Of a stretch of DNA of 64,000 bases, positions 44,234-54,285 are shown in pieces. The notes beneath the pieces are model-generated. The model saw nothing but the letters and a program-made list of their open reading frames with translations. It was not told the DNA's origin and made no database searches. The stretch spans positions 13,142-77,141 of IMG/VR virus record IMGVR_UViG_2806310659_000001, one strand, 5' to 3'. Both the position numbers and the translations under genes were made by a program. Numbering within the stretch: position 1 is the first letter of the stretch; each line of letters starts with the position of its first letter. Source of the DNA: a virus. Lineage: Duplodnaviria; Caudoviricetes.

Positions 44234-45667
44234 TCAGAGCAGGTTTTCGTTTATCTTTGGCTCCGATATTTGGGCCAGGAACCACGCCGTAGGAACGCTT
44301 CCGCCCTGTCCGCCACGGTGCCCGTCGACTTTCGTCAAGACCCCTCGCTTGACGAGCTTGTCGAGCTGCCGCTGCGCCTTCTTGCACTGCGCATCAGTGG
44401 GGCGGGGGGTGTCGTACAACTGCTTGGCAGCCTCCTTGGCGGTCAGCCCGTCCGGGCCGGCGCCGTTGACCGCTTTCGTGAAGTCGAACTTCACCACCTC
44501 CATCCGCCCCTCCTCGGGGAAGTAGTGGAGATGCCAGGGACCCACCTCGTTGGCGGGCTGCTTGACGTGGTGGAACCTCACCACCAGATCACCCGGGTCG
44601 CCGGTCAACTGAATGACCGAGCCGGCCCCAGAGGTCAGCCACGTCGAGCCGAACACGTCGTTGATCCCGACCGGTCCGTTCTGCGGGTTGGCCTTCCTGT
44701 TGTGGTGCAGCTCGCAGATCTGCACGCCGCGTGCCAGCAGTGCTTGTCTGGCCCGGTTGTAGGCCGCGGCCGTGGCGTCCTCGGACAGCCCCACCACCGC
44801 GTCCTTGAGCGAGTCCACGTACACCGTGCCGGCGCCAGCCTCCAGCGCCATCCTTGCCAGCAGGGATGGGTCCACTGCCAGGTCGGAGATGGGCGGACCG
44901 GGGCGGAACAGTAGCCGGCCCGTAACTCCTGCCATCTCCTCGGCATCGAACTGCCGTCTCATCGAGCGGCGGATCTGTCGTGGGCGGTCCATCGCCAGGT
45001 ACAGGATGGGTCTCTCGGAGCAGGCGATAGGCAGACCGAGGACCGTGCTGTCGAGCCCGAGCTGTCCGCGGACGAGCATCCCGGCGAGGGTGGTCTTACC
45101 CAGCCCCATACCGCCGGCGATCATCAGTGCCTCGCCCTCGGCCCAGAGGATGTCATCGCCGTCGCCCCACACGATCACGCTGCGATCGTCGGCACCGAAC
45201 ATCCACTCCGCGCCGTCAACGGGAGGGAAGTTTCCCCAGACATCGATTGCTGGAGCGGAATCGCCTTCCACTGGCCGCTGGGGACCTCCCCCGATAGATG
45301 ACACCGGCGAGGGCGTAGCGGCGCGCTCAGGGACCATGCGGGCGCCGACCTTCGCATCGGCCCCGGCGAAGCCCGAACGAATGGTGGCCTCGATCTCATG
45401 GTCGTCCAGGCCGGCATTGCGGGCGGCTAGTGTGAGAGTGTCCTCGACGGTATGTTTGTCGATGGCCCCGGCGTTAATCAGGCCCCCCATATTGAACGCT
45501 GCTACGTTCAGGGTGTGATTGCGCACCCCTTCCGGGGCCACCTCCACATTGCGCGCCTCTAACTGGAGGGCTGCCGCGGCGTAGGCGTTGTTCGGGGCGA
45601 CCGGGTTGGCGATCTTCCTGGGCTCGGGCTTGGGCTGTTCAACGCGCTGAAGGAAGCCGGTAGTCAA
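44234..45667 (-). CDS. primase C-terminal domain plus RepA-like (AAA_25) helicase
   Basis: EGVRNHTLN..A..AGL..EIEATIRSG PriCT-like domain; Walker A GGMGLGKT; VYVDS; LHHNRK; FGS. Confidence 0.85.
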   Translation of the reverse strand: MTTGFLQRVEQPKPEPRKIANPVAPNNAYAAAALQLEARNVEVAPEGVRNHTLNVAAFNMGGLINAGAIDKHTVEDTLTLAARNAGLDDHEIEATIRSGFAGADAKVGARMVPERAATPSPVSSIGGGPQRPVEGDSAPAIDVWGNFPPVDGAEWMFGADDRSVIVWGDGDDILWAEGEALMIAGGMGLGKTTLAGMLVRGQLGLDSTVLGLPIACSERPILYLAMDRPRQIRRSMRRQFDAEEMAGVTGRLLFRPGPPISDLAVDPSLLARMALEAGAGTVYVDSLKDAVVGLSEDATAAAYNRARQALLARGVQICELHHNRKANPQNGPVGINDVFGSTWLTSGAGSVIQLTGDPGDLVVRFHHVKQPANEVGPWHLHYFPEEGRMEVVKFDFTKAVNGAGPDGLTAKEAAKQLYDTPRPTDAQCKKAQRQLDKLVKRGVLTKVDGHRGGQGGSVPTAWFLAQISEPKINENLL

Positions 45668-47156
45668 GTCCCTCCTCCAGTACGCGCTGCACGTCCTCGA
45701 ATGTCTGCCAGCTCAGGAACTGGCCGTCCTGCCAGACGGGCTGGAGCAGGCTTCGTCGTTCCGCAGACTCGCCGGCCTCCTGAACCAGGACGAGGCCCCC
45801 GCCAAAGGCATTCGCCCGGCGTCCTACCGCGAGCCGGCCGGTAGCACTCGTCTTGGTGCCGTCATCGGTGATCGGGTCCTTCTTGAGGTTCACGCCCTCG
45901 CCGTCGACCTCCGCCCAGGTGGCTTTCATCGCCGAACCGAACGTGTCGCGGGTCTGGTACTGGTAGCTGAACGAGCCCACGCCGAACACCACGTTGGTCG
46001 AGGCGTAGCACAGTTGCCGCATCCTCTCGGTGATCGAGCGGGCGCGGTCGAGCGTGATCGAGTCGCCGTAGATGGCGCCGACGTGCGAGTCCAGTTCGAT
46101 GAAGCCTCGGGCGTTCTTGTGCCCGCCGAAGGTGTTGTAGAGCAGGTTCAGCACGCCCCACCACTCGTGGGACATGTATGGCGCCTGCGGGTTACCACAG
46201 AGGATCTTCTCCGGGTCGCCCGAGTCGGGGCGGATCACCAGCTTGCCCTCACGTGTGAGGATCTTGTTCTTCAGCGCCGGCAGGTAGGTGGCCAGCACAC
46301 GCCACAGGTCGAACGTGTCGGACACGATCGAGACCGTCCCCTTGGGGTACAGGTCCAGCAGACGGTTGATCGTCTCCAGCTCCCCCACGGTGGCGATTCC
46401 GGTGCACATGACCGAGTGCTCGGTGGCCGGGACCGACTGGGCGGAGTAGAACCCGCCGTAGTAGCGGTCGATCCAGTCCAGGGAGACCAGGGAGTCGGTG
46501 CCGAAGAATGACAGCAGGTGGCCGGCGCCCGACGCCGCGGCGGACTCGTGCGAAGACATCCCCCGGTAGGAGAAGTCGTGGCACTGGTAGTTCACGGCCG
46601 AAGGGGCGGCGCCGGTCAGCTTGGCCGCCTCCTCCAGGATCTTGCGATACTCACGGGCGATCGTCGCCGAGGTGGACGCCTGCCAGATGCCGGCCGACAG
46701 CCCGGTCTCGACGAAGTTTGTCAGCCAGAAGAACCGCGGGTCGGTGTTCTCCACCGTGAAGGACGGGATGCCGATCGGAACCGGCGTGCCCTCGGGGATC
46801 GAGCAGAACCGCAGGGGCAGGTACCCCAGCTTCCATAGCTCCCGAACGTGCTCCGAACCGATCGACTCGGCGGCCGGGATACCGAGCACCTGCGCGATGC
46901 GCCCCTCGTAGAGGTCGCACACCTCGTCCACATCCGACTCGAAGAACGGCTCCCACTCCTCCATCAGGTACTTGCGGAGGTAGGCCTGCAATCCGAAGTG
47001 GACCACGTGGTTGACGCCGGGTATGCGCGACTTGCGGTTGGTGTAGTTGGAGTAGACGCGGGTGACGTTGCCGCTCAGTTGGTATTGCCGAAGATGGTCC
47101 AGCTTGTAGGCGTCAGTGCGAAACAGGGGGGCAACTGGCTCGTAGAGCGTGTTCAC
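45639..47156 (-). CDS. NAMPT-like protein (probable NARP1 Namat)
   Basis: TDAYKLDH, HDFSYRG, SVPATEHSV, VSIVSDTFD, VIRPDSGDP, IYGDSI, VFGVGS. Confidence 0.9.
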   Translation of the reverse strand: MNTLYEPVAPLFRTDAYKLDHLRQYQLSGNVTRVYSNYTNRKSRIPGVNHVVHFGLQAYLRKYLMEEWEPFFESDVDEVCDLYEGRIAQVLGIPAAESIGSEHVRELWKLGYLPLRFCSIPEGTPVPIGIPSFTVENTDPRFFWLTNFVETGLSAGIWQASTSATIAREYRKILEEAAKLTGAAPSAVNYQCHDFSYRGMSSHESAAASGAGHLLSFFGTDSLVSLDWIDRYYGGFYSAQSVPATEHSVMCTGIATVGELETINRLLDLYPKGTVSIVSDTFDLWRVLATYLPALKNKILTREGKLVIRPDSGDPEKILCGNPQAPYMSHEWWGVLNLLYNTFGGHKNARGFIELDSHVGAIYGDSITLDRARSITERMRQLCYASTNVVFGVGSFSYQYQTRDTFGSAMKATWAEVDGEGVNLKKDPITDDGTKTSATGRLAVGRRANAFGGGLVLVQEAGESAERRSLLQPVWQDGQFLSWQTFEDVQRVLEEGLDYRLPSAR

Positions 47157-48000
47157 TGAAGTCCTTCACGTGTTGAAGCATGTACGTTTCGGTCGGCACG
47201 ATCACCGTGGCCACGCCCACCCTGTTGTGCCCGGGGTGGGAGTCGGTGGTGTAGATGTGCCGGTAGTGCTCGCGCAGGTCATAGGCGCGACCGGAAAAGA
47301 TCCCGTGCGTCACCCATAGGCCGAGCTGGTCGCGATGCAGGCCGGTCTCTTTTGCCAGGCCCATGAACGTCCCGCCGCCGTCGCAGATGTCGTCGACCAC
47401 CAGGTAGCGACCGTGCCGCGGGAGGTGGTCTTTCATCTCGATGCCGAGGATCTTCCCGGTATCGAACTCGCGGACCTTCTCCGCGCGGTAGAAATCGAGC
47501 CCCAGCTCGTGGGCCGCCGTGTAGGCGCGCTGAGCGGCACCCTTGTCAGGTGAGATCACACCGTCGTACCGCTCCCGGTGATCGGCGTCCTGTAGCGCTC
47601 GTAGCAGCAGGGGGAACGGATCTAGCTGCGTCAGGTTTCGCAGGTAGCGACCAATCATCGGCGAGTGTGCATCGATGCCGATAACCTGCTGCGGGTTCAT
47701 GGAGTTGATCAGCTCCGCATACACTCTGGCGCCTTCCGGCTCGCCGCGGTCAGCCCGGGCGGCCGGCAAGTAGGGCAGCATCAGAACGAACGGCATCTGC
47801 CGCTGGTGGGCGACGTTGGCCCACAGTGCCGCCTTGACGAGATCATCGGCACTTGCCCCGCGGACATCGGCCACCCACACTGCCGCGGCTCCCACGCTCG
47901 GCAGGTCGCGCAGATGGTGCTCGCCGCCAGGGAAGGTGAACGAATCGCCCACACCTTTGAGGTAGCCGTTGGGGGTGTGTAAGCGGAGGTGGACGGTCAT
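47113..48000 (-). CDS. ribose-phosphate pyrophosphokinase-like protein (probable NARP1 Adps)
   Basis: FPGGE, PYLPAARADR, DAHS, SPDKGA, VVDDICDGGGTF, THGIFS. Confidence 0.9.
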   Translation of the reverse strand: MTVHLRLHTPNGYLKGVGDSFTFPGGEHHLRDLPSVGAAAVWVADVRGASADDLVKAALWANVAHQRQMPFVLMLPYLPAARADRGEPEGARVYAELINSMNPQQVIGIDAHSPMIGRYLRNLTQLDPFPLLLRALQDADHRERYDGVISPDKGAAQRAYTAAHELGLDFYRAEKVREFDTGKILGIEMKDHLPRHGRYLVVDDICDGGGTFMGLAKETGLHRDQLGLWVTHGIFSGRAYDLREHYRHIYTTDSHPGHNRVGVATVIVPTETYMLQHVKDFSEHALRASCPPVSH

Positions 48001-48686
48001 GCGGACTTCCTGATCTCGGGTGAGGGTTGGATGAGCCACGAGTAACGCCGATCGCCGATCGCCGATGGCGGGGCGCACACGTAACCGCCGGCGCCGCGGT
48101 AGTCGATGCCCGGCTTAACACCCGCGCGGTTGCCGTCGCCCGTGGGCGAGACGTAGTAATGAGTCCCTCTTGGGGTGTCCACCTTGCCGTGGACATCTGG
48201 CAATGCATCGGGTCCAAGTTGGGCCAGTGATGCCACCCCGGTCGGTCCGTCGATGTCGATCACGTCGAACATCACTCCCGTGGCCAGACCGATGTTGGAG
48301 TCGGGCATATCGGTCCACCATCTACGGACCTGGTCTGGGTCCAATGTTGCGTCCTTGAAACCGCGGGTGTGCGGGTAGGGCTTCTTGCCATCACCGAGGA
48401 AGTCGGGCCGCCTCGGATCGGTGTAGCCAACGGGTGCGAGCGGGAAGACCGGCCAGCCCTGTTTGGCGTACCAGAGGGCGGACGGACCCAGCTTGGCGGG
48501 ACGGTCGTGCTTGTCGATCTCCGCCTGGAGTCGATTAGCCTCGGTTACGTCGTCACGCTGAGCGGCGTCACACCACTGCTGAGTTAGGGTGAACACCTCC
48601 GTGGGCTTGCACGTCGGGTGAGACGTTTGGCCCACGAAGGTGACCTCCATGACGCCGGCGCAGTCCGAACAGGTCGAGTAGAACAT
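47997..48686 (-). CDS. bifunctional DNA primase/polymerase (Prim-Pol) catalytic domain
   Basis: ALWYAKQGWPVFPL, DATLDP..RWW..NIGLATG, VIDID, TPRGTHYY, DYRGAGGYVCAPPS. Confidence 0.9.
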   Translation of the reverse strand: MFYSTCSDCAGVMEVTFVGQTSHPTCKPTEVFTLTQQWCDAAQRDDVTEANRLQAEIDKHDRPAKLGPSALWYAKQGWPVFPLAPVGYTDPRRPDFLGDGKKPYPHTRGFKDATLDPDQVRRWWTDMPDSNIGLATGVMFDVIDIDGPTGVASLAQLGPDALPDVHGKVDTPRGTHYYVSPTGDGNRAGVKPGIDYRGAGGYVCAPPSAIGDRRYSWLIQPSPEIRKSA

Positions 48687-48881
48687 CGGACTGCCCTTCC
48701 GTTTAGTGGAACTGCCAGATGGATTCGATGTCGTCGAGGTTCAGATAGAGCGGGTCGGGGTTCATGCCCTCCCATTCGGCGGAGGTCAGACCCGAGCCGT
48801 TGTACTTGAACTTGAAGGACTCGCACGAAACGACCATTGACTTGCCCGACCGGTAGTTGATCTGGACGGTGTGCTTCGCCA

Positions 48882-49349
48882 CTAGAAGGGGCGTTCCTCG
48901 GAGAACCCTCCGCCGCTGAAGCCCTGCTGCTGGGCGGGCGATTGGTTGAACTGCTGCTGAGGCTCGGCCGGCGCACCTACGCCACGGGCAACCTTGACCT
49001 CGAAGTTCTTCACCGTGTTGCCATTGCGAGTGTTGGAGACACCAGTCAACGTGACCTTGACCAGGTCGCCGCGCTTCAGGTTGGCCTCGATGATGTCGCG
49101 CTCCAGTTGGTACTGGGCGGCCGTCAAGGTGACAACCGTTCCGGCGTCGTAGTTGGTGCGCTGCCCCTTCGTGAAGGACGCGGCCGGCTCTGTCAGCTCA
49201 ATCGCCAACTCCGGGCAAGGGCCGGCGTTGTTCATCTTCTGACCGGTGCCAACATGGATCACCTTGCCAGTGACGTGTTGACCCTCCTGAGTTCCCCAGC
49301 CAATGAAGGCGACTGAACTCGGGGCCGACACAGTTTCCCATTCGGGCAT
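48882..49349 (-). CDS. putative ssDNA-binding protein
   Basis: OB-like beta core; Gln/Gly tail ending EERPF. Confidence 0.6.
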   Translation of the reverse strand: MPEWETVSAPSSVAFIGWGTQEGQHVTGKVIHVGTGQKMNNAGPCPELAIELTEPAASFTKGQRTNYDAGTVVTLTAAQYQLERDIIEANLKRGDLVKVTLTGVSNTRNGNTVKNFEVKVARGVGAPAEPQQQFNQSPAQQQGFSGGGFSEERPF

Positions 49350-49976
49350 CTACTTCTTACCTTTCCTGTGCTCATCGAGGACGAGCTTGTCGTAATCGTT
49401 GCGCGGAAACGAGATGGCGCAGTCCGCGTTACTGCAATGAATCGCGTCCTCGCCCGACCACTGGCCAAGCGTGGGTAGTGAACATTTCGGGCAGGGAATG
49501 TGGCGTCGCTGCCACGTGCGGGACAGGCCGATGATCTGATCGGCCTTGCGCCAGCACGCACGGATGTAGAGAGCCCGCTCCACTCCGTCGAGGTAGGTCT
49601 CGCGCATTCTGCCGCGGCGCCACAGGGTGAACTTCTCCGCCGGCCGATTGATCAAGTCCGCCACTGCAACGTTGCCAGCCCGGCGGACTACCTCGTCGAT
49701 CTCGTCCATCAAGTCAAGCGCCCGCAGGTTGATGGGTACGGACGGCTCCGGGGTGGAGTTGACTTTCGAGCCCTGACTTGTCGTCGGGGAAACGCCGAGG
49801 AACGACCGCAGTGCGTCACGGATGACGGGGAGCTGTTCCAGATAGTCCTGGAGTTGCTTCACACAGCCGTTGCAGATCGTGGCCGGCTTCGACGTGATGG
49901 CGGAACCGTCTGGCGTTATCCCGACGCAGCGGTCCAGGCTGCGGCAGCGGTGGTGCGGGTCATCCAACTGCGGCAC
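49350..49976 (-). CDS. Zn-ribbon hypothetical protein
   Basis: CNGC, CPKC, CSNADC. Confidence 0.65.
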   Translation of the reverse strand: MPQLDDPHHRCRSLDRCVGITPDGSAITSKPATICNGCVKQLQDYLEQLPVIRDALRSFLGVSPTTSQGSKVNSTPEPSVPINLRALDLMDEIDEVVRRAGNVAVADLINRPAEKFTLWRRGRMRETYLDGVERALYIRACWRKADQIIGLSRTWQRRHIPCPKCSLPTLGQWSGEDAIHCSNADCAISFPRNDYDKLVLDEHRKGKK

Positions 49977-50267
49977 CCACGTGCACGGTCATTTTCAAGC
50001 CGAGGACGGTTACGCCGTCGAGCTTGTTGAGCCACCACTTATGGCCCGCCTGTTCGACCGGCTGTAGGCTAAGCAGCCTTCCGCCCCGATGCCAGCCGAT
50101 GAACAGCTCGTGGTTGCGGAACTTCTCCTGGATGGAGAAGCCTGGGTCTGCGACCGGCCGCAGCACATTGTCATCGTCGAAGTGAAATTCCACAAACGTG
50201 AGCCCGCTCGCGCGCTTGTAGTGGCCGTCTTCGGTCCTCTTGTAGATGGCCATGTCGTAGCCACCGC

Positions 50268-50771
50268 TCATGCCGCTGCCCCCTCAAACAGTCTCGACAA
50301 TGTGGCAGCGGGGTCCGAGGATCGCCACTGCTCAAGATTGTGTTCGTACCTGGCCTGCTGACCGTCCCCGGTGTCCACGCAATTCAGTACCCATTCGAGG
50401 TTGTCCGCAGCGCAGTTGGTCACATCGCCATCCTTGAATCGCAGCTTCCACCTGTGCACGTCGGCGATGTCGAATCGATCAAACGGCAGTCCGTGGAAGG
50501 TTGCGGCCACCAGGTAGGCAACTCGCATCTGATACTTGTTCTCCTTGGCGCGCGACCCGCCGAAGGAAATGCCCACAATCATCTGCTTGGGTGCCCGGGG
50601 ATGTGTGGCAGCGAACCTCTGCTTGAGGATGCGCCCGGGGACGGTACGCCGACGCAGTTGGTCGCGCCACTGATGCTCGATCTCGTACGTGCGGGTGCGG
50701 ATCTCGCCGTCGCGAGTCGCCTCAAACCTCTCAGGCAGTATCGGTATGCGGTGCCACTGCTCGTCGCTCAT
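50268..50771 (-). CDS. NUMOD4-HNH endonuclease-like protein
   Basis: WHRIP..FEATRDGEIR..VAYLVAATFHG..FKDGDVTNCAADNLEW. Confidence 0.75.
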   Translation of the reverse strand: MSDEQWHRIPILPERFEATRDGEIRTRTYEIEHQWRDQLRRRTVPGRILKQRFAATHPRAPKQMIVGISFGGSRAKENKYQMRVAYLVAATFHGLPFDRFDIADVHRWKLRFKDGDVTNCAADNLEWVLNCVDTGDGQQARYEHNLEQWRSSDPAATLSRLFEGAAA

Positions 50772-51028
50772 GCGCTCTCCGCCATGGTCGCACCGCCGTA
50801 CAGCCGGGTCCGCTCTCGCGCGGTCGTGTTCCCCCAGATGCCGTAGCGATGGGCCGGGTCCTCAAGCTCCAGGCACTCCGCCAGGCAGGCCGTCTGCACC
50901 GGGCAGCCCCCGCAGATCTTCTTGGCCCGCTTGTAGGCGTTGCCCTTGGCGAAGAATGCGCGCTTGTCGATTTCGGGCAGGTCTTTACACGCTGCACCGC
51001 GGAGGTCGTTGGTCGGCTGGAAGAACAC
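50768..51028 (-). CDS. whiB: WhiB-family transcription factor
   Basis: Four Cys (AAC..ICGGCPVQTAC) and YGIWG turn. Confidence 0.9.
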   Translation of the reverse strand: MFFQPTNDLRGAACKDLPEIDKRAFFAKGNAYKRAKKICGGCPVQTACLAECLELEDPAHRYGIWGNTTARERTRLYGGATMAESA

Positions 51029-51030
51029 GG

Positions 51031-51381
51031 CTACCCCTTTGCGGCGTGAATGATGTCCAGGAAGTCTCGAAGGGTTAGGGTCACGTATTGGTCGCCAGGT
51101 TGACCCTTCCCCTTTCGCTTATGGATGACGACGCCGGCGAGGGCGCCGTAGTTTGCGGCCTCTCGCTGGGCCTCGAAGGTCCAGGTGCCGAGATCTAATC
51201 GGTTATGGTTCTTGCACTCGATCGCTAACAGGTGCTCGCCAATACGGAAGTTGGCGATGTCTCCACGGTCCTGCGTTCCGGAGAGGGGCAGCCGGTCGAT
51301 ATCGGGTGACCATTCCTGCTTGAGGTAGTCCCGGATCAGCGACTCATAAGCGGTGCCCTTCTGCTTAGAGCGATTGGCCAT
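51031..51381 (-). CDS. Holliday junction resolvase
   Basis: SKQKGTAYE..DRGDI..IECKN. Confidence 0.8.
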   Translation of the reverse strand: MANRSKQKGTAYESLIRDYLKQEWSPDIDRLPLSGTQDRGDIANFRIGEHLLAIECKNHNRLDLGTWTFEAQREAANYGALAGVVIHKRKGKGQPGDQYVTLTLRDFLDIIHAAKG

Positions 51382-51824
51382 AGGGAATCCGGACGTACGG
51401 ATATTCCTCGACATCAGCGACCACGCTGAGCTTGATCAGCCGAGGGGAAGCGGAGAGCCTGTCCAGCTCCCCGAACACTGCCGCGTCATCGGGAAGCTCA
51501 CGGGCATCCTGAACCAGCTTGCGCAGGTCGCCCAGTTCCAGCGAACGCACCCCCACCAGCGGAATTGCTTCGATCTCGACGCGGGTGCTCGTCTTCGAGT
51601 AGACGGTCATATGTACTTCCCTGCCGTTGGCATGAACACCGTTCCCGGCTCACGCATGTCGTAGTGGGCTTCGTTCTCGACCGCCTTCACCGCGATCCGC
51701 CCGCCGGGGGCCACCAGGGTCTTCTGGCTGAGCGGGTCATCCAGCTTCGCGAGGAGAACTTCAAGGTTTCGTCTGGTCAATTCGAGGACGTGGACATGGC
51801 CGATGCCCTCGGCTTCGATGAGTT

Positions 51825-52151
51825 TCATTTCTCCCTGGCACAATCAGGCCACAAGGCCCCCATCGGGCAGTGGTCGTAGTCGTCTTGACTGACCTCGACC
51901 GTGCCCTTCCAATTGCCGTTCTTCAGGTCGGTGACTTCTACGCGCCACTCGTCAGGCCAGTAGATCGGGTAGCCGGGCGTGGTGGTGCAGATCGGCGGAT
52001 TGCCGCTACAGGTCATGGTCCCCGGCATCCACATCATGCCGGCCGGGGTGAACTCCCGGTCGGTAATGTGGCCATGGGCGGGCACGGGGTGGTCACCGCA
52101 AGCGGAGAGCGCGGCAATTAGAGCGGCGCTTAGGAGGGCTTTTCTGATCAT
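51825..52151 (-). CDS. putative lipoprotein
   Basis: Signal peptide with lipobox LSAC. Confidence 0.65.
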   Translation of the reverse strand: MIRKALLSAALIAALSACGDHPVPAHGHITDREFTPAGMMWMPGTMTCSGNPPICTTTPGYPIYWPDEWRVEVTDLKNGNWKGTVEVSQDDYDHCPMGALWPDCAREK

Positions 52152-52299
52152 CCGAGTACTCGCTCGATCTCTTCGTCGGCATCGCGGACGGCGGCCAGGT
52201 AGACCTCCCCGGACCCCTTGCCAACAAAGGTGTCGAATATAAACGCGACAACTTGATCGCGGTAGAGAATCTCCGCCTTGAGCGCGACAATCGATGGCA

Positions 52300-53211
52300 T
52301 CAGAAATCCCCCGGTTCGACTTGTAGCGTCTTCAGGCCAAGCGCTCGCCACATCTCGACGACTTGCGTACGGTCATCGAGCACGAAGCGGACGTTGTACT
52401 TGCCGCGGATGTGCTGGTTGAACAGGTCGTACTTGACCTGGTAGTCGGGCAGCTTGTTACCGCGGTCATCCACCGCCTTGGTCGGGCGCATGTGGAGTTC
52501 GTCGTAACCACCGATCAGATTGGCCTCTAGCCAGTCCGCGGTGACATCTCGGCAATCGTCGTCGCGTCCCGAGACAATCAGTATCGACACGTATTCGCCG
52601 ACGACCCTGACAAGCTCTGCGATCGCCAGATCGGGAGCGTCCTCACCCACCCGCGAGTAGTCGTACGGACTACGCCCGGTCATGTGCGCGAGCGTGCCGT
52701 CAATGTCGACGATGATCGCCTCGGGCAAGCCAGGAATCCATTCGACTGGCTCGATGACGAACGGCTCGGCGGTGACCAGCGGCCACTTCTCGACTGGCCA
52801 CTTCTTGGCCTGCTGATCGATCACCTTGTCGCCGACGTAGCGATCACCCTTCAGCATCCGCGAGTAGTCGTGGCGCTTGCACTCGTCGAGAGGGGTGACT
52901 ACATCTACTACGCCAAAGTCAACGCCCAGTCGCGTTGCCAGTCGCGCCCACTTCCGCAGATACGGAGCGTGAAGGTGTGTCGCGTCCACGACGACGCTCG
53001 TTCCGTTCCGCAGGAAAGCCTCCACCTGTGCTTCCTCGGCAACGGTAACTCGATCCTCATCCTCCCTCTTCCCCGTCCAGTAGGAGCCGAGCAACATGAA
53101 TCGAAGCGAGTCACGATTAACGACGACGGCTCCAATGCCCTTGGCGATCTCCGCGGCGCGGGTCGACTTGCCGCTACCGGAGTAGCCACGCATACAGGTC
53201 AGAGTTGTCAC
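52300..53211 (-). CDS. polynucleotide 5'-kinase / 3'-phosphatase
   Basis: P-loop GYSGSGKST, NRDSLR; HAD motif DIDGT, SGR, DDR. Confidence 0.92.
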   Translation of the reverse strand: MTTLTCMRGYSGSGKSTRAAEIAKGIGAVVVNRDSLRFMLLGSYWTGKREDEDRVTVAEEAQVEAFLRNGTSVVVDATHLHAPYLRKWARLATRLGVDFGVVDVVTPLDECKRHDYSRMLKGDRYVGDKVIDQQAKKWPVEKWPLVTAEPFVIEPVEWIPGLPEAIIVDIDGTLAHMTGRSPYDYSRVGEDAPDLAIAELVRVVGEYVSILIVSGRDDDCRDVTADWLEANLIGGYDELHMRPTKAVDDRGNKLPDYQVKYDLFNQHIRGKYNVRFVLDDRTQVVEMWRALGLKTLQVEPGDF

Positions 53212-53334
53212 GGGTGTCCTCGATTGAATGCGGCCAGTGCTTCTGCGCCGGTGTTAAACCGGGCGCCCAGTAGCGGACTGCCGGTGCGAATAGCATGGCC
53301 GGCAGTGTCGAAGGCTGGCGGAATGATGTGCCAC

Positions 53335-54285
53335 TTACCATCCCTGCTGCGGGATGGGGAGACAATGAGCCAGCGGTCCAGGCTGTGCCCGAACGGTAGC
53401 TTCAGCTTCATCGATTCCTCCGTCGACAGTGAGCAGCTTCCAAGCGCCGTGCCACAACACCGGGGAAGCCTCGGGAGAATCAGTTCGCAGTAGGCACCAG
53501 CCACCGCGCTCCCGCGCCTCAACGGTATTGTCTGTTACCCAGGAGTGGTCGCGGCGGCATAGAGCGATTAGGTTGGCCATGCCAAACGAAATCTCGGGTC
53601 GCGCACTCCCGCCAGCCCCCCGATTGATCCGGTGGTGTACGTCGAGGGCATCAGCCACGCTGCACATCACACAGGATTTGTCGCGCTCGATTACGGCGGC
53701 CTTGGTTTCTTTCCAAGCGCGTCGGCCAAGGTAATTCGCGTTGCAGCCGATCTCGCGAGCGCCTTGCGCAATCGTTATTTCGGCTGCGCGAATCCGGTCG
53801 ATAACTTCTCGTACCAGGTTCTGGTCGTACCGTACGCGGATGTCCTCCCCCGGAGGGCTTTTCCGCTGCCGGTTCCACCTATCCCGCTGGCGAATATCGA
53901 CGCATGCGCGGCAATCGCCCTGGGCATTCCGGCCGACTACCGCGTATTCGTGGTTGCGTTTGCAGTGCGTCGCACGCGGCCTAGCTGCCACACCGCGCCT
54001 CGTGTTTTCGGGGCCGTCGACAAGCTCAAGGTGATCGACATTGACACAACACCGCACACGGCAGAGATGGTCGACCGTCAGGCCGTTTGGTATCGGGCCG
54101 TGTTCGCGTTCCCAGGCGTACCGGTGGGCATATCCGTTTTTGCCGTTAAAGCTAAATTGGCCATAGCCGTTCCCATTGTCGGCGCCCAAGTAGATTAGGC
54201 ACGGTCCGAGTTCTGGACGATATGTTGGGGGCTTGCCCCACCGCGTTGCTTTTGCGAATCGATACTCCGGGTCAAGCTTGTTCAG
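53335..54285 (-). CDS. HNH endonuclease with two HNH domains
   Basis: LGPCLIY..GYGQF..AHR..DHLC..CVNVDHLE..EN, then CVMC..VHHR..NLIALCRRDH; frame open to CTG at 54285. Confidence 0.85.
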   Translation of the reverse strand: MNKLDPEYRFAKATRWGKPPTYRPELGPCLIYLGADNGNGYGQFSFNGKNGYAHRYAWEREHGPIPNGLTVDHLCRVRCCVNVDHLELVDGPENTRRGVAARPRATHCKRNHEYAVVGRNAQGDCRACVDIRQRDRWNRQRKSPPGEDIRVRYDQNLVREVIDRIRAAEITIAQGAREIGCNANYLGRRAWKETKAAVIERDKSCVMCSVADALDVHHRINRGAGGSARPEISFGMANLIALCRRDHSWVTDNTVEARERGGWCLLRTDSPEASPVLWHGAWKLLTVDGGIDEAEATVRAQPGPLAHCLPIPQQGW

